Source of the DNA: an uncultured delta proteobacterium
Lineage (GTDB): Bacteria > Desulfobacterota > Binatia > Binatales > Binataceae
Direction of reading: 5' to 3'
DNA: 64,000 nt
Assembly (NCBI GenBank): GCA_963711565.1
Contig: CAVQEQ010000003.1
Location: forward strand, 64,001-128,000
This document shows positions 59,742 through 64,000 of this stretch, in pieces. Position 1 is the first letter of the stretch, and every line of letters starts with the position of its first letter. The translations under genes and the position numbers were made by a program. The notes beneath the pieces are model-generated. The model worked only from the letters and a program-made list of their open reading frames with translations. It did no database searches and was not told where the DNA came from.

Positions 59742-61103
59742 TTACGCGTGGCGCCAGTCAACGTGGTCGCGGACGTGCGCGAACACTTCGTCCAGGATTT
59801 CGACGCCCGCTTCGGCCTGCGCTTCGGTGATAACCAGCGACGGGTTGATTCGAATCTTGGGAAAGTAGGCCATCGTCACCAGCCCGCGCTTGAGGCATTC
59901 CTTAAAAATCAGCTCCGTGACCTTCTTGCCGAGCAGTTCCTTGCTCTCGAGATCGCGCACCAGCTCGACGCCTATCAGCAGTCCCTTGCCGCGCACATCG
60001 CCGATGAATTCGTATTTTTCCTTGAGCTGCACCAGCCGCGACAGCATCATCGCACCGACCTCGCGCGAGTTCTCGACCAGGTGCTCTTTCTGAATCGTGC
60101 CGATTGTTTCCGACACTGCTACCGCCGCCAACGGATTTCCGCCGTAGCTCGACGACGACGCGCTCGGCTTGCCGAACGGTTCCGCTTTGCCCAGCTCGTC
60201 GCTCAGCAGCACTCCCGAAACCGGAAAGCCCGAGCCCATCCCTTTGCCGACGGTGACGATATCCGGGCGAGTGCCGCTATGCTCGACGCCCCACCATTTG
60301 CCGGTGCGTCCGAAGCCGGTGATCATTTCGTCGGCGATCAGCAGCGCGCCGAAATCCTTGGCGACCGACTTCACCGCCGGCAGCCAGTCGTCGGGAGGAA
60401 TCACGTTGCCTGCGGTGCCTTGCATCGGCTCGGCAACGATCGCGGCGAGCGAGCCGCTGGTGCTCATCTTGATTTGCTGGCGGGCGAAATCGACGCAGTA
60501 AAGTCCGCAATCGGGATACTTCAACTTGAACGGGCATCGATAGCAGTCCGCGTACGGGACGGTGTACTGCCCGCCCTGCAAGGGTCCGTAGCCTTGCTTC
60601 GACTCGTCGCCAATTAGGCCGAGCACGCCGCCGGTCTTGCCGTGGAAGCCGCCCCAGAAGCTCACAGCCTCATGATGACCCGTTGCGGAGCGCGCCAGCC
60701 GCAGCGCGGCTTCGACCGCCTCCGCGCCGCCACTATATAGATGTGCGCGAGTCAGTCCCGCGGGCGCGACTTCGGCCAGCGCCTTGAACGCCGCCGCGCG
60801 CTCTTTGGTCGCGAATGTGCCGACTGTCAACCGCGCCGCCTGCTTCGACAGCGCCTGCGCCATTGCTGGATGCGCATGGCCGAGGCTCGCGACCGCGACG
60901 CCCGCGAAAAAATCGACGTAGGTGTTGCCGTCGGCGTCGGTGAGCGTCGCCCCCTCGCCATGATCGAACGCGAGACCGGCCAGCAGCGAAATTCGCTGGC
61001 GCCCGGGCGCGATGTATTTTTGTTCGAGTTCGAAGATCTCTTTCGACTTGGGTCCGGGAACCGATGTCTTAATCGAAGGAAGTTTTCCGTTGGTGGTTGT
61101 CAT
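59742..61103 (-). CDS. Class III PLP aminotransferase
   Basis: GAEAVEAA, FHGKT, EPMQG, DEMITGFGRTG, VGKG, YGGNP. Confidence 0.92.
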   Translation of the reverse strand: MTTTNGKLPSIKTSVPGPKSKEIFELEQKYIAPGRQRISLLAGLAFDHGEGATLTDADGNTYVDFFAGVAVASLGHAHPAMAQALSKQAARLTVGTFATKERAAAFKALAEVAPAGLTRAHLYSGGAEAVEAALRLARSATGHHEAVSFWGGFHGKTGGVLGLIGDESKQGYGPLQGGQYTVPYADCYRCPFKLKYPDCGLYCVDFARQQIKMSTSGSLAAIVAEPMQGTAGNVIPPDDWLPAVKSVAKDFGALLIADEMITGFGRTGKWWGVEHSGTRPDIVTVGKGMGSGFPVSGVLLSDELGKAEPFGKPSASSSSYGGNPLAAVAVSETIGTIQKEHLVENSREVGAMMLSRLVQLKEKYEFIGDVRGKGLLIGVELVRDLESKELLGKKVTELIFKECLKRGLVTMAYFPKIRINPSLVITEAQAEAGVEILDEVFAHVRDHVDWRHA

Positions 61104-61151
61104 CAAATGAGCGGGCGATCCGATTCCTTTGTTTGAATTACCGGCGCGATT

Positions 61152-61973
61152 TTAGCGCGGGCGGCCAAGCAGACTTATCGCACGGCGCGCGATCGCGCGA
61201 GCGGCCGTTGCGCGCACTCGACTGTAGCTAGGCCAGTCATTGAAATCGATAATCGCAAAACGATCGCCACTCAAGACCGCGTCTCCGCCCCACGCTTCGA
61301 GGCCGAGCGCGGCCGCGGCGGCGGAGGCCGCATCCGAGAGAGCGCGCACGGCGGCCTCGGCGACTTCCTCGCCATCAGGATGCACGCTGAAATGCGTGCC
61401 GCCGCTGACACCGTAAAATTTCACGACGCGGCCGACGACTTCCTGCTGCACGTAGGCGAAGCGGATTCCGCGTCGTGCGAAATCAGCGAGGATCGCTTCG
61501 ACCTCTGCGCGATCAGCCGCCCGCTGCACGTCTTCGGGCGCGAGCGCGTGCAAGTCGCCGCGCTTGACGTACACCCCCGCCGACAAATCCAGGGCCGCGA
61601 GCTTACGCACATCGAGCGGCTCGTCAACCGCCACCAATGCTCCCGGCGGCGTCGGCACGCCGGCGCGCTCGAGGCCGGGCGCGAGCAAGTCGCGGTAGCA
61701 GTTGCGAATCGAGAGCGCCGAGTTGACTGCGACCGCGCCCGCCTGCTCGACGGCAGCCAGCCGCTTGAGCGCGCGCGGCCCCTGACACATCGGCAGTACG
61801 AGGTCGGCGCGGGGCGGCGCGTTCGCCGCGAAGCTGACCCCATCGATAGTCTGGATCTCGACGCCTTCGCGCTTCAGCTCCGCCATCGTGGCGTCGAGAA
61901 TCGCGGCATCAGCCTCCACCTTGCCCGGTGAAAACTCGGGTTCCCGATAAATTCCTAAAGCTCGATAGCTCAT
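61152..61973 (-). CDS. ATP-grasp-like hypothetical protein
   Basis: YVKRGD, YVQQEVVG, VKFYGV, WGGDAV, IIDFNDWPSY resemble ATP-grasp C-terminal motifs. Confidence 0.65.
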   Translation of the reverse strand: MSYRALGIYREPEFSPGKVEADAAILDATMAELKREGVEIQTIDGVSFAANAPPRADLVLPMCQGPRALKRLAAVEQAGAVAVNSALSIRNCYRDLLAPGLERAGVPTPPGALVAVDEPLDVRKLAALDLSAGVYVKRGDLHALAPEDVQRAADRAEVEAILADFARRGIRFAYVQQEVVGRVVKFYGVSGGTHFSVHPDGEEVAEAAVRALSDAASAAAAALGLEAWGGDAVLSGDRFAIIDFNDWPSYSRVRATAARAIARRAISLLGRPR

Positions 61974-62701
61974 GGCATCTTCCGTATTGCCGCCCGGGCG
62001 GCGTCGAGGTCCGACGCTTCATCCACGTCGATCGATCCTTCGAGCTCGATCGCATCCAGCGCCATCCCGCGTTCGATGAGCAGTGCGAGGAAGCGGCGGA
62101 GCGCGTCGAGTCCCGCGCGACGCGCGTCGGCGGCGTAATCGAAAACTCGTGTCGACAGGAAATAGAGCCCCGCCGTCACCATAGAAGTCTGACGGTTGCC
62201 GAGCCGCAGGATCAACCCATTTGATGTTACATCGGCGAAAAGCGGCTTGGCCTCGCCGCGCCATCGCGTGACGGCGAGCACACCGGCCAGATTTTTCTCG
62301 CGGCACTCCTCGATCTTTTTGCGCGACTCATTAACAAAACGCGCGAGCTCTGTCTGTGGAATTACGGCATCGACCGTCAACGCGATAAACCATCCAGGCT
62401 CGAGCAACTCGCCGAGCGCGAGCATCGTCTCCATCGAGTTGGCGGTATCGCGTACGACGAGAGCGACCGACGGCGGATTCGCGATCACCAATTTCTTTTC
62501 GCTAGCGATACGCGCCGTCTCGGAGTTGACGATGGCAACGACCGACGATGCGCCCGCGTCGAGAATCGCACGCGCCTGGCGTGAAAGCATCGCCTCGCCG
62601 CCGAGCATCACGAGCGGCTTGGGAATGTCGTCGCGCGTCGAGTTGCGCAGGCGCTCGCCGCGCCCGGCTGCAATGATCGCTCCTTGCAGTTTCGTCACCA
62701 T
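61970..62701 (-). CDS. NTP transferase (sugar/polyol-phosphate nucleotidyltransferase)
   Basis: IIAAGRGERL...PKPLV, IDVD. Confidence 0.88.
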   Translation of the reverse strand: MVTKLQGAIIAAGRGERLRNSTRDDIPKPLVMLGGEAMLSRQARAILDAGASSVVAIVNSETARIASEKKLVIANPPSVALVVRDTANSMETMLALGELLEPGWFIALTVDAVIPQTELARFVNESRKKIEECREKNLAGVLAVTRWRGEAKPLFADVTSNGLILRLGNRQTSMVTAGLYFLSTRVFDYAADARRAGLDALRRFLALLIERGMALDAIELEGSIDVDEASDLDAARAAIRKMP

Positions 62702-63423
62702 TGAATTTGCGGAACTTCGTCGATCGATCGGATCGTGATGTCGGCCGCGGATGCGTCATCGCCGGATTGCGCGGCGGTTCGCAGCCAGACCGTGCGCATT
62801 CCGAGCTTGCGTGCGGGTGCGCAATCCTTGGCAAGCGAGTCGCCAATCATCGCGGCCGATTCGGGCGCGCATTGTATTTTTTTCAAAGCGGTTTCGAAGA
62901 TGCCCGGCTCGGGTTTGAAAATTCCGACGCGCGAAGAGTCCGCAACCGCCGCGAAGTATCGATCGAGCTTCGCCTCTTCCAGGATGCGGTCGAGATTGCC
63001 GTAGAAGTTCGAGACGATCCCCATCTTGAAGCGGCTCCTGAGCTGTCCGACTACTTCGCGGCTGTGCGCCAGTCCAATAAACGTCTCGCGCACGAAAGAA
63101 TTCGTGACCGCCTCGACGAATCGATAGCGTCCTGCCGCGCCGGCGTCGTCCAGTACTTTGCGCAGAGGCTCGGGCCCGCTTTTCCGCAGGTATTCGAACT
63201 GGTGGCCGACCAGAAAGCGCACGAGATCCGTCAAGCCGAAGCGCGCCACGACTCGCGTCGCGCCATAGCCGATTCGCGTTGCGTGATCGAAAGCCGGGTC
63301 AAGCTCGGCGCGCGAGATCTCGATTCCAGCTGCACGGTAGCTGGCGAGAAATCTATCGAGCCAATGAGCAGGCCCATCGAGCGTACCGCCGAAATCGAAC
63401 AGCAGGACTGTAATCGTGGCCAT
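62695..63423 (-). CDS. HAD-family hydrolase
   Basis: LFDFGGTLD, IVSNFYGN, KPEPGIF, MIGDS..KD. Confidence 0.9.
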   Translation of the reverse strand: MATITVLLFDFGGTLDGPAHWLDRFLASYRAAGIEISRAELDPAFDHATRIGYGATRVVARFGLTDLVRFLVGHQFEYLRKSGPEPLRKVLDDAGAAGRYRFVEAVTNSFVRETFIGLAHSREVVGQLRSRFKMGIVSNFYGNLDRILEEAKLDRYFAAVADSSRVGIFKPEPGIFETALKKIQCAPESAAMIGDSLAKDCAPARKLGMRTVWLRTAAQSGDDASAADITIRSIDEVPQIQW

Positions 63424-63700
63424 GAAACGGCCAGTTTACCAGCCGCAGTCGCCTTCCTCCAGTTTCTTGAAAATTAAAGTGCGCGATGGGGAGATTGCGC
63501 GACCTGAATCGAAAATGTTCCCGGGAGAACCGATGGTCCGTCAGTCCGAGCGCCCAGCTAGATGCTCGCTTCAAATGAAAGACGAACTCATAATTAACTG
63601 TGGAAGTTAGTAGCAGGGCTACTTCCGCTGGCGTTACCGCTGTGTTACCGTGGCGCGGATCGCGGAAGACGAGGGAATACGGGGTTTTAACGAGACGCTG

Positions 63701-64000
63701 GTGATTGAAACTGCTCTAATCGCTGCTCCTGACCGCGCGGACAACGCGGTCTTCGGCCGCCCCTTGCTGGAGCGGCTGATGATTAACTGCGAGCGCGCCG
63801 GCATCAAGCGGTTCGTCGTGGCAGCGTCGCGCGAGAACTATCCGGACGTCGCACGCGCGATGGGCCGGTTCAAAAATTCTGACACGGTCTCGATGGTCGA
63901 GTCGTTCGGCGAGATTCTGAATACTCAGAACGCCCGCGAATTAGGCATCGACCCATTGTCGCCATGCGTGTCGTTTTCGGGGAACCTGGTGTTCGCGAAG
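63701..64000 (+). CDS. Partial CDS; degenerate NTP-transferase-like N-terminus, as seen fused to CDP-alcohol phosphotransferases
   Basis: Hand translation MIETALIAAPDRADNAVFGRPLLERLMINCERAGIKRFVV..., open to window end; C-terminal domain not visible. Confidence 0.5.
   Translation, partial: MIETALIAAPDRADNAVFGRPLLERLMINCERAGIKRFVVAASRENYPDVARAMGRFKNSDTVSMVESFGEILNTQNARELGIDPLSPCVSFSGNLVFAK

Overview
High-GC bacterial chromosomal window. The mix of LLM oxidoreductases, amidohydrolase, CoA transferase, crotonases and a hopanoid locus resembles Candidatus Binatota or Deltaproteobacteria-like soil MAGs, but this is an inference, not a classification. In order: phoR(partial)-phoB-phoU-pstBAC without pstS; serS; yraN; gatCAB; catabolic enzymes including a frameshifted HTH-citrate synthase fusion; tldD/pmbA; ravA-like AAA+ with recO; nfeD/slipin, udg, coaBC, ino1, ferredoxin, mrp; two type II toxin-antitoxin modules; an IS5-like MITE; pepN; a ~15 kb TetR-headed hopanoid/isoprenoid cluster (hpnH, ispA, Zn-dehydrogenase, shc, dxr, hpnCDE, hpnA, CruF-like, SDR, hpnG, hpnK); and a HAD/NTP-transferase/ATP-grasp/aminotransferase operon. 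The main findings are: (1) the TA modules sit in a tandem X-higBA-Y'-X'-hicBA-Y structure, where the duplicated gene end Y' differs from Y only by four synonymous substitutions and one indel, suggesting integrase-free cassette accretion from a related strain; (2) a candidate inositol/aminocyclitol lipid head-group pathway; (3) unassigned enzymes inside the hopanoid operon; (4) non-canonical ATT/CTG starts. No rRNA, tRNA or CRISPR array was seen. All calls come from reading motifs by eye; no searches were run.
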